Below, piece after piece: positions 8,113-16,887 of a DNA stretch of 35,998 nucleotides. The translations under genes and the position numbers were made by a program. The stretch's first letter is position 1; each line of letters starts with the position of its first letter. Below the pieces are notes generated by a model that worked only from the letters and a program-made list of their open reading frames with translations, did no database searches and was not told where the DNA came from. The DNA is from Candidatus Nomurabacteria bacterium (GTDB lineage: Bacteria > Patescibacteriota > Minisyncoccia > Phycocordibacterales > CALRBL01), in assembly GCA_963834935.1 (NCBI GenBank), contig CAWIDS010000003.1, forward strand, positions 1-35,998. The letters run 5' to 3'.

Positions 8113-8637
8113 TTAGACCAAAGAAGCCTTTAGTGATATTGCTTTTTTGATAATATAATCACCAATTTCTCCCCAATCAAAATATTCTTTATAGGTATCT
8201 GGGTCAATTAATTTTATTTCTGTAATCCCCTTTTCAGTTATACCATCACCACCATCAATAGAAAATTCTCCATATGGCCTCACCTTACAGGCAAATCTCA
8301 ATTGATATATTATTTTTCCATTTTCAGTATTAGTTAATTTTTGATAACCAACAGGTATAAATGATACTACCTCCATATTTGATTCTTCTTTTATCTCTCT
8401 AACAAGAGTTTGCTCATAAATTTCTCCCTTTTCTATACTTCCCCCAATTAGTCCCCAGCTTTTTTTAAGTCCTCCATAACCTATAACCATTTTATCCCCA
8501 TAAAAACAGACTCCATAGGCCTGTTTGATTCTATCTTTCGGTAATTCATCAAAATCAACAAAATCAAAATATTCTAACAGGTAAGTCACTCCTGATTCTC
8601 CAAGATAAGTATTCGTGAGCAGGGGTTTGGAATCCAT
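8113..8637 (-). CDS. NUDIX hydrolase
   Basis: Nudix box GGSIEKGEIYEQTLVREIKEESNM (GX5EX7REUXEE); visibly AT-rich. Confidence 0.9.
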   Translation of the reverse strand: MDSKPLLTNTYLGESGVTYLLEYFDFVDFDELPKDRIKQAYGVCFYGDKMVIGYGGLKKSWGLIGGSIEKGEIYEQTLVREIKEESNMEVVSFIPVGYQKLTNTENGKIIYQLRFACKVRPYGEFSIDGGDGITEKGITEIKLIDPDTYKEYFDWGEIGDYIIKKAISLKASLV

Positions 8638-8647
8638 AGTTTCTTAA

Positions 8648-9775
8648 TTATCCCCTCCCCATCAAAGCCAACACCAGCAACGATACAAGGATGAATACTC
8701 CTGCAAAGATGTATATCGCTTTGCCGGAAAGCAGGCTTGGGCGGGTTGATTGGGCAGGTGCAGGCTGGTTGGAAACGCTGTCGATGGTTGCGGCTTCGGC
8801 GCTCTTGGTGAAGTCGAGGGCGCTGCTTCGGGCCACTATCTTTCCGGAATTGTTCACCTCGGTTGCATAAGCGACGTGCTGGCCGTTATCAAGCTCTTTG
8901 TCGAAGGTATAGGTCCAGACTCCTGATGAATCCGCTTTGACGCTGACGATGATCGGCGTGCTATAGAGATAGATGGTTACTATGGCATTCGGCAATGCGC
9001 GTCCCGACATCTGGATGACATTGCCATTCTGATTCTTCTGGAGTGAGACTTTCGAGATGCTAAAAGCTGGGTTTACGGGGACGGTGGAGGTCTTTGCGTC
9101 TTCCTGCGAAGCGAATGGCAGGTTGGTGAGAGGATCGATGCCGGCAAGGACCTTCTGGCCGTCTGTAAGCTGGGTAGTCGTGCCTGTCATCGGCGTGGTC
9201 ACTGCCTTGTTCGGATTCGTGTGATAAATATAGAGCTCATCATAGTCAGAAAGGCCGTCCTTGTCCGAATCCACAAAAAGGAGATTGGCATTAAGGCTTG
9301 AGAGGGTGCTTGAAGCGGCGCTCATCTGGGTATCGAGGTCTGAAAGGACGGCAGTGATATCACTCGAGTGCTCGGTAAGGTTGATACTGACTGATGTTGC
9401 TTGCGGGGCCAAGACGCTCTGGATCTTTTTCAGATCGGCGTTGATCTTCAATCCAAGCGCTGTAGTGACCTGCGGAGTGATCGGTCCCTGGCTGAAGCCG
9501 GTGTCGACATCATTGAGAAGCGTCTGCCTCGAGGCGGTGATCAGCTTGTTGAGCGCTACTGCCGAGTTTATAGGGTCGGGTGCATTCATACTGATGCTTC
9601 TGATAGCGTCTGAGATGCTCGACTCGATGAAGCCGATGACCTGGTTCTTGGCGGAATCAATATCATTCCTGTTTTGGACGATAGGACCTGCAAGAATACT
9701 CAAGTCTGCCTGGGTATCCGCATAAGCTGTGCTAAAAGAGAAAAGAAGACAAAGCAGGATTAATGTATTTTTCAT
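8648..9775 (-). CDS. Secreted, C-terminally anchored surface protein with a TSP3-like Ca-binding motif and a bacterial Ig-like domain
   Basis: Signal peptide (..STAYA); DSDKDGLSDYDE..YHTNP motif; GRALPNAIVTIY...ADSSGVWTY..L..GQH Ig-like strand pattern; C-terminal TM helix. Confidence 0.8.
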   Translation of the reverse strand: MKNTLILLCLLFSFSTAYADTQADLSILAGPIVQNRNDIDSAKNQVIGFIESSISDAIRSISMNAPDPINSAVALNKLITASRQTLLNDVDTGFSQGPITPQVTTALGLKINADLKKIQSVLAPQATSVSINLTEHSSDITAVLSDLDTQMSAASSTLSSLNANLLFVDSDKDGLSDYDELYIYHTNPNKAVTTPMTGTTTQLTDGQKVLAGIDPLTNLPFASQEDAKTSTVPVNPAFSISKVSLQKNQNGNVIQMSGRALPNAIVTIYLYSTPIIVSVKADSSGVWTYTFDKELDNGQHVAYATEVNNSGKIVARSSALDFTKSAEAATIDSVSNQPAPAQSTRPSLLSGKAIYIFAGVFILVSLLVLALMGRG

Positions 9776-9804
9776 GCGAAAATTATATCACACTCGAGCG
9801 GCAA

Positions 9805-11460
9805 CTAGACGCTCCACATCTCGATGTAGAACTGACTACCATGATCTTTACCCTCGGATTCAGCCCACACCCTGCCTTTATGGGCTTCTATCATCTTCTT
9901 GGCCACATAAAGGCCGAGGCCGGTGCCCATGATATTAACCTTGTTGGCATCAGGCGCCCGGGTGAATTTCTCAAAGAGATGTGGCAAGACTTCCGGCAGG
10001 ATGCCGACACCTGTATCTTTGATGGCAAGGAGAATCTTCTTGTCTTTTTCCTTGGTAAGAGTGACATGGACGCTACCTTGTGGCGTGTATTTGATGGAAT
10101 TATCGATGAGATTGCCGATGACCTGCTTGATCTTTCCGCGATCGGCATGCACTTTGAAAGTGTCATTATTGTCGCAATCGAAACTCAATTGGATCTTGGC
10201 TTTCTCGGCAGTCGGCTGGTATTCGGTAACGACGGCAGAAGCAAGTTCCTTGAAGTCAAAAGTGGTGAAATCATAATTCATCCTTCCCTGCTCGATGCGC
10301 GAGATATCGAGATAGTCGCCTACAAGCACTACCATCGCTTCGGTAGATTTAAATATGATATTGACGCTTTCCTTCACTTTGTCGGATACTGGCCCGAAAT
10401 CGCCTTCAAGGATGAGCGAAGCATAGCCTTTGATAGCCCCGAGCGGGCCTCGGAGCTGATGCGAAGCGAGCGAAATGAATTCTGATTTCTGCTGGTCGAG
10501 CTCATGTAGCTTCTCATTAGCTTTGCCGAGATCCACATTCGCCTTTTCCAGCTGCTCCCTCTGCTCACTGATGGTTTCGACGAAGCGGTTCATCATGATG
10601 CTGACTGCCAGCACCATCAGGAAGACTGCGCCTCGCAATATTGTCTGGCTGAGGCTCGTAGAGAAGATGATTTCAAGCAACGATGATACGCAAAGTAGGA
10701 ATGTCAGCCCGATTACTGCCACAGCCCGAATGTTGAAAAGCTTGTGTTTGTAGATGGCATAGGAGGTGAAGGCTACAAAAGGAAAGAAATAAAAGGCGCC
10801 ATAAGGAATGTAGGTTACATCAAGAAATACTCCCGGAAGGATAAGATTGAATATGAACAGCAAGGTAAATGAGATGACAGTTCCGATAAGGATGAAGCGG
10901 TATTGACCCCTTTCTGAAACCTCGGAATGACGCATTTTTTTAACAAAAAAGATAACGCTTGCTACAAGCAAGCCGACCACTGTCAGTACAAAAAAAACGA
11001 TGCCATTCTGTACGACAGTTTTCGAAACTGAGCCATCGGGCGATACTTGTGCTATTCCGGAAAAGACATATGGCGTAAGCGTAAAAAGGGAAAGAAGAAT
11101 GACATAAGGGACTAGGATCTTCTTATACCACGAAGGGAAAGCGACTTTTTCCTCGGGAAATACGTAGAAGAATTGGAAGAACGAGAATGAATGCCAGACG
11201 CCGAGAAAAATGACAATCCGAAGAAGCCACAATACATAGACGGGGTTCGTGATCTGATAGCTCAGGTAGTTGATAAGACTCCAGAGTATCGTTATTACCG
11301 AAAAAAAGAGAAAAGAGACGTTGGTGATACTGCGCTTATTATTTATGTATATTACGAAACCGAGGATTCCGATGGCCGCGATCGTAATGCCCACAGCAAG
11401 AAGGTCAAAATTATGCAGAGGCAAGTTACCTATAATTTCTAGTATATATTGGGAAATCAT
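9805..11460 (-). CDS. Sensor histidine kinase with N-terminal multi-TM (HisKA_7TM-like) domain
   Basis: About 290 aa polytopic N-terminus, coiled coil, H-box SLASHQLRGPL, N-box NLIDNSIKYT, DTGVG, GTGLGL. Confidence 0.93.
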   Translation of the reverse strand: MISQYILEIIGNLPLHNFDLLAVGITIAAIGILGFVIYINNKRSITNVSFLFFSVITILWSLINYLSYQITNPVYVLWLLRIVIFLGVWHSFSFFQFFYVFPEEKVAFPSWYKKILVPYVILLSLFTLTPYVFSGIAQVSPDGSVSKTVVQNGIVFFVLTVVGLLVASVIFFVKKMRHSEVSERGQYRFILIGTVISFTLLFIFNLILPGVFLDVTYIPYGAFYFFPFVAFTSYAIYKHKLFNIRAVAVIGLTFLLCVSSLLEIIFSTSLSQTILRGAVFLMVLAVSIMMNRFVETISEQREQLEKANVDLGKANEKLHELDQQKSEFISLASHQLRGPLGAIKGYASLILEGDFGPVSDKVKESVNIIFKSTEAMVVLVGDYLDISRIEQGRMNYDFTTFDFKELASAVVTEYQPTAEKAKIQLSFDCDNNDTFKVHADRGKIKQVIGNLIDNSIKYTPQGSVHVTLTKEKDKKILLAIKDTGVGILPEVLPHLFEKFTRAPDANKVNIMGTGLGLYVAKKMIEAHKGRVWAESEGKDHGSQFYIEMWSV

Positions 11461-11465
11461 AAAAA

Positions 11466-12383
11466 TTATTTTTCAATCTCTCGCAAGTAATGTCCTGTCT
11501 TGGTAAAGAAGCTTATCTTGCCTGACAATGACTTTATCTGCTTTTTCGTACTATATCTTAGCATTGAAAAGACCGTATCGGATAGGAATAAGGGATATTT
11601 CCAGCCCGTTATCGATTGAGGAATCAGCGCGATCCAGCTTTTATATCCGTCATACTCGAGGCTTTGCTTGGAAATGCCACTCATCACTTCATCCAATCTC
11701 TCCTGATCCCTCTTTATGAAATGGTGCTTGAAAAGCGAATGATATGTGAGGTCGAAATAGTGCAACGGAAATTGATCCTTAAGTTTGAAAATATCATTCT
11801 TGCACAAGACGACAGCTATTCCCTTCTCATTTTTTCTGATCTCATCCAGATCATTCTGCGATAATCGGTCAAAACGATATATTTTTATGTCTTTATCAAA
11901 GAAAGTCAGATTTTCGTAGGCAATGGTGTGCGCATGCGAAGATCTGTCGATACCGACAATTATTACCTGCTGATCATGCTTGCTTCCTTTAAGCGATTGA
12001 ATCACTTGCCTATCGGCTTCCATGCCGCCCGCGCCGAGACTTGCCAAGACCATGCCTTTCTTATTTTTTTTCACAAATGCGCATATGCTATCGACTAACG
12101 GTTTTCCCAGTCCTATATTCTTATTTCTTTGCACCTCCATCAGAGGGCCGTGCATTTTCCTATCCCATTCCTCGACAGAAAAATCCGTAAGCTCGGCCAG
12201 CCTATCCCTGTCCAGCTTGTTTGCTTTTTTAAGGAGCCATGTAAGATATCCGGAAACTGTCCTTATTGAGTCAAGGAAATCCATATCCTGCTCAATCCCA
12301 TAATCCAAATCCTTATACGAAGGATCTTTTTTAAAATCCTTAAGCTTGCCTATCGCTGAATCTATTTCCTGTAGCCTATCCAT
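11466..12383 (-). CDS. Class I SAM-dependent methyltransferase-like protein
   Basis: Motif I LASLGAGG, acidic motif II IVGIDRS, then KNDIF and FDLTYHSLFKHH. Confidence 0.65.
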   Translation of the reverse strand: MDRLQEIDSAIGKLKDFKKDPSYKDLDYGIEQDMDFLDSIRTVSGYLTWLLKKANKLDRDRLAELTDFSVEEWDRKMHGPLMEVQRNKNIGLGKPLVDSICAFVKKNKKGMVLASLGAGGMEADRQVIQSLKGSKHDQQVIIVGIDRSSHAHTIAYENLTFFDKDIKIYRFDRLSQNDLDEIRKNEKGIAVVLCKNDIFKLKDQFPLHYFDLTYHSLFKHHFIKRDQERLDEVMSGISKQSLEYDGYKSWIALIPQSITGWKYPLFLSDTVFSMLRYSTKKQIKSLSGKISFFTKTGHYLREIEK

Positions 12384-12384
12384 T

Positions 12385-13440
12385 TTATTTGAATTCCACT
12401 TCAGCTTCCATCCTCATCGCCCGTGCGCTTGATGGCTCGGAAAAACCCAGGCGAAAAAGCATAGGCGTGGTGAAGCCTTCAGCGCCGAATGACTCGGAAA
12501 TGTCCTTGTATGCCCGCTTGATGATTTCCTGGTGTTCCCTTGAGAAGACTTTGTCATTTCCCGCCCAAATATTCTCCATAAAATAGAGGACGCCAGTGCA
12601 GGGCTGGACGCTGATGCCGAGCTCGGTCGCCTTAAGCCACGCGCGTTCCATCATCCTGCCAGCATTAACGTATTCCTTCTTGCTTTTACCTTTTACAAGG
12701 AAAAGAGCAAGCGCGCCCGATCTCGCATACTTCTCGGCATTCTCTTTGGCGATGACTTGCGATACTTTGCCGATTTTGTTCAGGATGTTCAACAACGGCC
12801 AGCTCTTGAAAAGTTTCACTCCTTTGAGCTGGTGTGGCAGGAATTCAAGGGTCTTGATGTAAAAGCCGCCAGCCTTCTGTTGTTCTTCTTCTTTCCAAAG
12901 GATGTGGCCATAGAAAAAATCATGCAAGGCTTTGTTCTCGAAGATGACACGCTCATTGACCGCAAGCGCTTTGCCGAGAATGCCGAGCGAAGGCTGATCG
13001 TCGATTATCTTCATCTCGCCGAAACTGCTTTCTTTGGCGGCCAGTATTAATGCTGATTTCTGCTCGCTCGTGAGCTTTTTGGAATTATAATCTTTCCTAT
13101 TTGTGTGGCGCTTCGGAATGCTTTCATAAAGGCTGTCATACTTCGATTCAGCTTTTTCAAGTGTCACGACAGCTACGAGCTCCGGCTGCCTCTCGTCAGG
13201 AAATATATCTGCTTTGGCTACATAGCCGAGCTTTGATGCACTAATGAACATATTCTCGATCAATGCACCATTTGATACATACGAGCCTTTCTGGGCAAAA
13301 TTATAGATCGATTGGTCGCGTTCAGGAAGATTGAAAATGCTGATCTTGCTTCCATCGACGAAGAACTTCCAAGGCTGACAATTCTCTCCTGAAGGAGCCA
13401 GCGTTCCATCCTTTATGATTTTCAATATGTCTTCGTGCAT
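12385..13440 (-). CDS. Nitroreductase-superfamily flavoprotein (Acg/Rv1355c C-terminal-like)
   Basis: LAPSGENCQPWKF, RHTNRKDY, GRMMERAWLKATELGISVQP. Confidence 0.88.
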   Translation of the reverse strand: MHEDILKIIKDGTLAPSGENCQPWKFFVDGSKISIFNLPERDQSIYNFAQKGSYVSNGALIENMFISASKLGYVAKADIFPDERQPELVAVVTLEKAESKYDSLYESIPKRHTNRKDYNSKKLTSEQKSALILAAKESSFGEMKIIDDQPSLGILGKALAVNERVIFENKALHDFFYGHILWKEEEQQKAGGFYIKTLEFLPHQLKGVKLFKSWPLLNILNKIGKVSQVIAKENAEKYARSGALALFLVKGKSKKEYVNAGRMMERAWLKATELGISVQPCTGVLYFMENIWAGNDKVFSREHQEIIKRAYKDISESFGAEGFTTPMLFRLGFSEPSSARAMRMEAEVEFK

Positions 13441-13456
13441 TTTTTAAGTGCTTATA

Positions 13457-14629
13457 TTATAGGCCGAATATCTTCTTGAATGAGTCAGATACGTTCTTTC
13501 TTTTCTCGACTTCCTCTGATGAAGAATAGTTCGGTATGAGTTTCTCGTCGAGCGAAAGGAGCGATCGATTCATTTCGAGCGGCTCATCATTGAGTATTTT
13601 TCGGACACAATAGGCGACTGCCGCGCCGTTTATGAGAGCCGCTCCGCCAAGCTGCGGCCAAGATACGATAGTCTTCCCCATTTCAAGGAGCGATTGCTGC
13701 ATCCGTTCAGTGACATTTTCCGGGCCGACATGCTTGGTGATCATCTTTCCTATGCCGAACTTGTCAAGACCAGTCAGAAGCTCATAGGTGACTTCTCCCA
13801 TCCTTCCATGAAAGAAAGGTGTGTTCGGATCAAGGTCATAGCGCTCAATATCAACGACAGCATTGTCGCCATTGTCAGCAGCCATTACTACTGCAATCTT
13901 GTGTTTCTTAGCCTGCTCGCGAATAAGGTACTTGACTGCGAGATTATCGAGCTCATCGATGACGATATCAAGGCCGTCAAAAAAGCGCTCGATACTTTCC
14001 TTGTTGAGTCCTTCGGGAAAGAGTTCGACAGTGGCATACGGATTTATCTCGTAGATTCTGCGCGCTGCCATTTCGACTTTAAGGATACCGAGATTGTCTA
14101 CGCCCATAAGGATGCGGTTGGTGTTAGAGAGTGCCATCCGATCCATGTCGGCGAGCTTGATATGCTTCGCTCCTCCTTGCAAAACAAGCGCGAACGCAAC
14201 GCTTGAGCCGACGCTCAATCCGCCGATGCCCACGGTGGAATTATAGAATTTATCTTGCTCTGCTTGATTGATGAGGTTCTTATTGCGCGCAGTGCGCACG
14301 AGCTGATAGTCGTCTTCGGCGAGTATGTGCACTATCTTCGAGCTCCAGGGGAAATATACCCAGTTGCCGTCATATGAAAGAGACCTGTCTGATTGGAGTT
14401 TTGCGAAATAGTCCGAAAAAAGCTTCTTGAAATCGGGCGTGTAAACAAGTGTAGGATTCTTGACCCCGAAAAGCTCAAGTTGTTCTTCCTCGTAATCGTC
14501 AATTGAAAATTGTATCTTGCCCTGGCTTATGAGCTCAGCTACTTTCTTCTGGTCTTCCTCGTTTCCTAATTTGTAAAATACCGGCTTCAGATGCGATACA
14601 TCCGCTTTGTCCTTTAATAATTGTTCCAT
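13457..14629 (-). CDS. ThiF/E1-like adenylyltransferase, Rv1355c-type N-terminal half
   Basis: WVYFPW..IVHIL....Y..VRTARN.NLI, nucleotide-binding GIGGLSVG, ADMD....SNTNR, DELDN, WPQLGG; no CxxC zinc motifs. Confidence 0.9.
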   Translation of the reverse strand: MEQLLKDKADVSHLKPVFYKLGNEEDQKKVAELISQGKIQFSIDDYEEEQLELFGVKNPTLVYTPDFKKLFSDYFAKLQSDRSLSYDGNWVYFPWSSKIVHILAEDDYQLVRTARNKNLINQAEQDKFYNSTVGIGGLSVGSSVAFALVLQGGAKHIKLADMDRMALSNTNRILMGVDNLGILKVEMAARRIYEINPYATVELFPEGLNKESIERFFDGLDIVIDELDNLAVKYLIREQAKKHKIAVVMAADNGDNAVVDIERYDLDPNTPFFHGRMGEVTYELLTGLDKFGIGKMITKHVGPENVTERMQQSLLEMGKTIVSWPQLGGAALINGAAVAYCVRKILNDEPLEMNRSLLSLDEKLIPNYSSSEEVEKRKNVSDSFKKIFGL

Positions 14630-14653
14630 GCTTTTATTCTAACACAAAACATC

Positions 14654-16132
14654 TTACTTCACCCACTTCTGCTTGATACCGACCTGGAAATGGGTCGGAT
14701 GTTCATGCGGCCAAAAAATGATCTTCGGATGCACCTTACCCGGCATCATATGAGCATTGTTCTTGTATTCTGCGTTCTTTTCCATTAGAACTTGAACGAT
14801 TGATTTAAGAAGCTTCTCATAAAGCTCCTGAGATTCGAGAATCTTGGGCTTTAATTCGATGTTTATCTCCAGGTATTCGTTCTGCTTCTTGTCATGCTTG
14901 GTATACATGGTGAATTTTCCGGTTATGTGCTCCTCGAAATCCTCGTGCAACAGTCCGGCTTTGACATGTTCAGGATAAATGATGGCGCCGTAAAGCTTGG
15001 TCGAGAGGTCAGTACGCTCGTAGACATAGACGAACGGCAGCTCGGAAATCGAATCGCTTATTCCAGCTTTCTTAGCTTCGTCTCGAAGGTCCATGCCTTC
15101 TTCCTTGAAAATCTTTTCGACATCGGAAAAATACATCACTCCGCCATTATCGCCTATCTGATAGCGCACGAGCGGCAGCACATTCCTGCCGCTGCAATAA
15201 ATGCTCTTGTTGACCGCCTCGAAATGGATGAACTCGGGAATGTACTGTGCGAGAGTAGGCAGGCGGGTTGCATCAGAAAAGAGTTTTCCGTAAAGGCTTT
15301 TTTTCTTGAGGGCAAGCCGGCGCATGAGGATACAGAGCGGCGTTTCTGTCGCCATAGTTCCGAGGTCGGCGCTGCCGTAAATATTCATGGTATCGCGGTA
15401 TGGATTCTTTACCCCGGTCTTCTTGATGATATAGTCACGGAATTTTTCCGAGAAGGCCTCAGCTGCGAAGATTATCCTGATATTATAATCATGCCAATTG
15501 ACTCCATACTCCTTTGCCTCATCGACTACGTCCTTCATGAACGGCGGATAGCCGCAAAGGACTATCTGGTCGTATTTCGATCCGATATTCTTCAGAGCCT
15601 CGAATATTTCCCTTTTATTCACGCCGGGGGTGAGGATGGTTATAGGATGGTGTCCTCGCCCAGAAATCTCCTTGAACGCCTGATAGGTGATCACTCCGCC
15701 GACCCACACTCCCATTCCGAAGCAGATGAGCACCAAAGTGGACTTGTTGTAATTGAGCTTACTGCTTTGAAGGAACATCTCATGATACAAAGAAGACTGC
15801 GAATCGATTATCTTGTTGCGGGGAAAATAGAACGGCTTGCCGGTGGAGCCTGAGGTCGAAGTCAGGACCAGCGACTGGTCGGAAAGCGAATTCTTGAAGC
15901 ATAAGTCCTCCCAGGGGTATTTTCTGAGGTAATTAACCTTGTTCACCGGCGGCACTTTGTCAAAATCAGAGATAGTCAGTATCTTCCTCGGGTCAATCTT
16001 CTCGCTTTTTATGAAATTCTTGTAAGCCTTGACTTCGTGAACGCAATTATGGAAAAGCTCCAACAACTTCCGTTCCTGTTCTTTTTTCCAAAAATCGCTT
16101 TTTTTAGTGTATATAAAGTCAAGCCGATGCAT
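14654..16132 (-). CDS. Phenylacetate-CoA ligase (PaaK)-like adenylate-forming enzyme
   Basis: TSTSGSTGKP (A3), YGSAD (A5-like), LVRYQIGD (A7), YERTD (A8-like), C-terminal GIKQK lysine. Confidence 0.88.
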   Translation of the reverse strand: MHRLDFIYTKKSDFWKKEQERKLLELFHNCVHEVKAYKNFIKSEKIDPRKILTISDFDKVPPVNKVNYLRKYPWEDLCFKNSLSDQSLVLTSTSGSTGKPFYFPRNKIIDSQSSLYHEMFLQSSKLNYNKSTLVLICFGMGVWVGGVITYQAFKEISGRGHHPITILTPGVNKREIFEALKNIGSKYDQIVLCGYPPFMKDVVDEAKEYGVNWHDYNIRIIFAAEAFSEKFRDYIIKKTGVKNPYRDTMNIYGSADLGTMATETPLCILMRRLALKKKSLYGKLFSDATRLPTLAQYIPEFIHFEAVNKSIYCSGRNVLPLVRYQIGDNGGVMYFSDVEKIFKEEGMDLRDEAKKAGISDSISELPFVYVYERTDLSTKLYGAIIYPEHVKAGLLHEDFEEHITGKFTMYTKHDKKQNEYLEINIELKPKILESQELYEKLLKSIVQVLMEKNAEYKNNAHMMPGKVHPKIIFWPHEHPTHFQVGIKQKWVK

Positions 16133-16177
16133 ATAGGGGGATTGAGTGGTTTTTGTATTGTAACAAATCCAGCATAT

Positions 16178-16873
16178 TTATTCAATTTTTCTCAAATAAG
16201 CTATCCAATAGTTCCTTTTGTAGCTTCTTCCGTTCAGGAGCGGATAGTTAGTCTTTTTCTCGAGATATATGATTTCAAAGTATCTCGAATAGAGGCTGAT
16301 AAAATCCTCGCGGCTAAAAACCCTTTCAGTTAGGCCAAGTTCATTCATGACATAAGTGTCATATTCCTTCCCCGGGCTCAACTTAAGGAGGTTCTTGGCA
16401 TTATGATCGCCGTCCTTGCATAAGGCTTTGACGAAAAAGTAGCCTCCATTTTTCAGGACGCGATAGGATTCGGACAGATATGTTTCTCTTTCCTTTTCAG
16501 CAAGCGAATTGGATGATGTGACATCAAGGATAAAGTCAAAGCTCTCATCTGCGCACGGATAAGCTTCGCCAATGCTTGCAAGCCTGTAATCAGCTGAAGA
16601 TTCCGCTTCGAGTTCCCGTGCACGCGACTTGCTGAGCTCAAGCGCTGTCCTAGAAATCTCCATGCCGAGTACTATGTTTCCGAGTGAAGCGAGATAATTC
16701 GAATTCCTTCCCGTTCCCGACCCAAGATCGAGGATATGAAGATTTTCAATCCGCAAGTGTTTTTGTTTGGCAAGAAATTTCAGGAATTTCTTGACATCGG
16801 CTTGTGGCTCGGCATTCTTGGTCATCAATTGCGGCTTCCTGTATTCCCTTTCCCATGCTTCAGATTGTGCCAT
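16178..16873 (-). CDS. Class I SAM-dependent methyltransferase
   Basis: ILDLGSGTGRN, GMEIS, FDFILD. Confidence 0.92.
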   Translation of the reverse strand: MAQSEAWEREYRKPQLMTKNAEPQADVKKFLKFLAKQKHLRIENLHILDLGSGTGRNSNYLASLGNIVLGMEISRTALELSKSRARELEAESSADYRLASIGEAYPCADESFDFILDVTSSNSLAEKERETYLSESYRVLKNGGYFFVKALCKDGDHNAKNLLKLSPGKEYDTYVMNELGLTERVFSREDFISLYSRYFEIIYLEKKTNYPLLNGRSYKRNYWIAYLRKIE

Positions 16874-16887
16874 TTTGGCTAGTCAGA

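Noticed and set aside
9763-10485. 240 aa plus-strand ORF (also 9261-9725)
   Set aside because: Antisense to the 7TM kinase and the surface protein, which carry clear family motifs.
14894-15853. 319 aa plus-strand ORF (also 13694-14206)
   Set aside because: Antisense to the PaaK-like and ThiF genes; explained by codon bias on the real strand.
13441-16177. RiPP cluster hypothesis (ThiF/E1 + azole dehydrogenase-like)
   Set aside because: No YcaO, no precursor ORF, and the intergenic gaps are under 46 nt. A distant precursor cannot be excluded.
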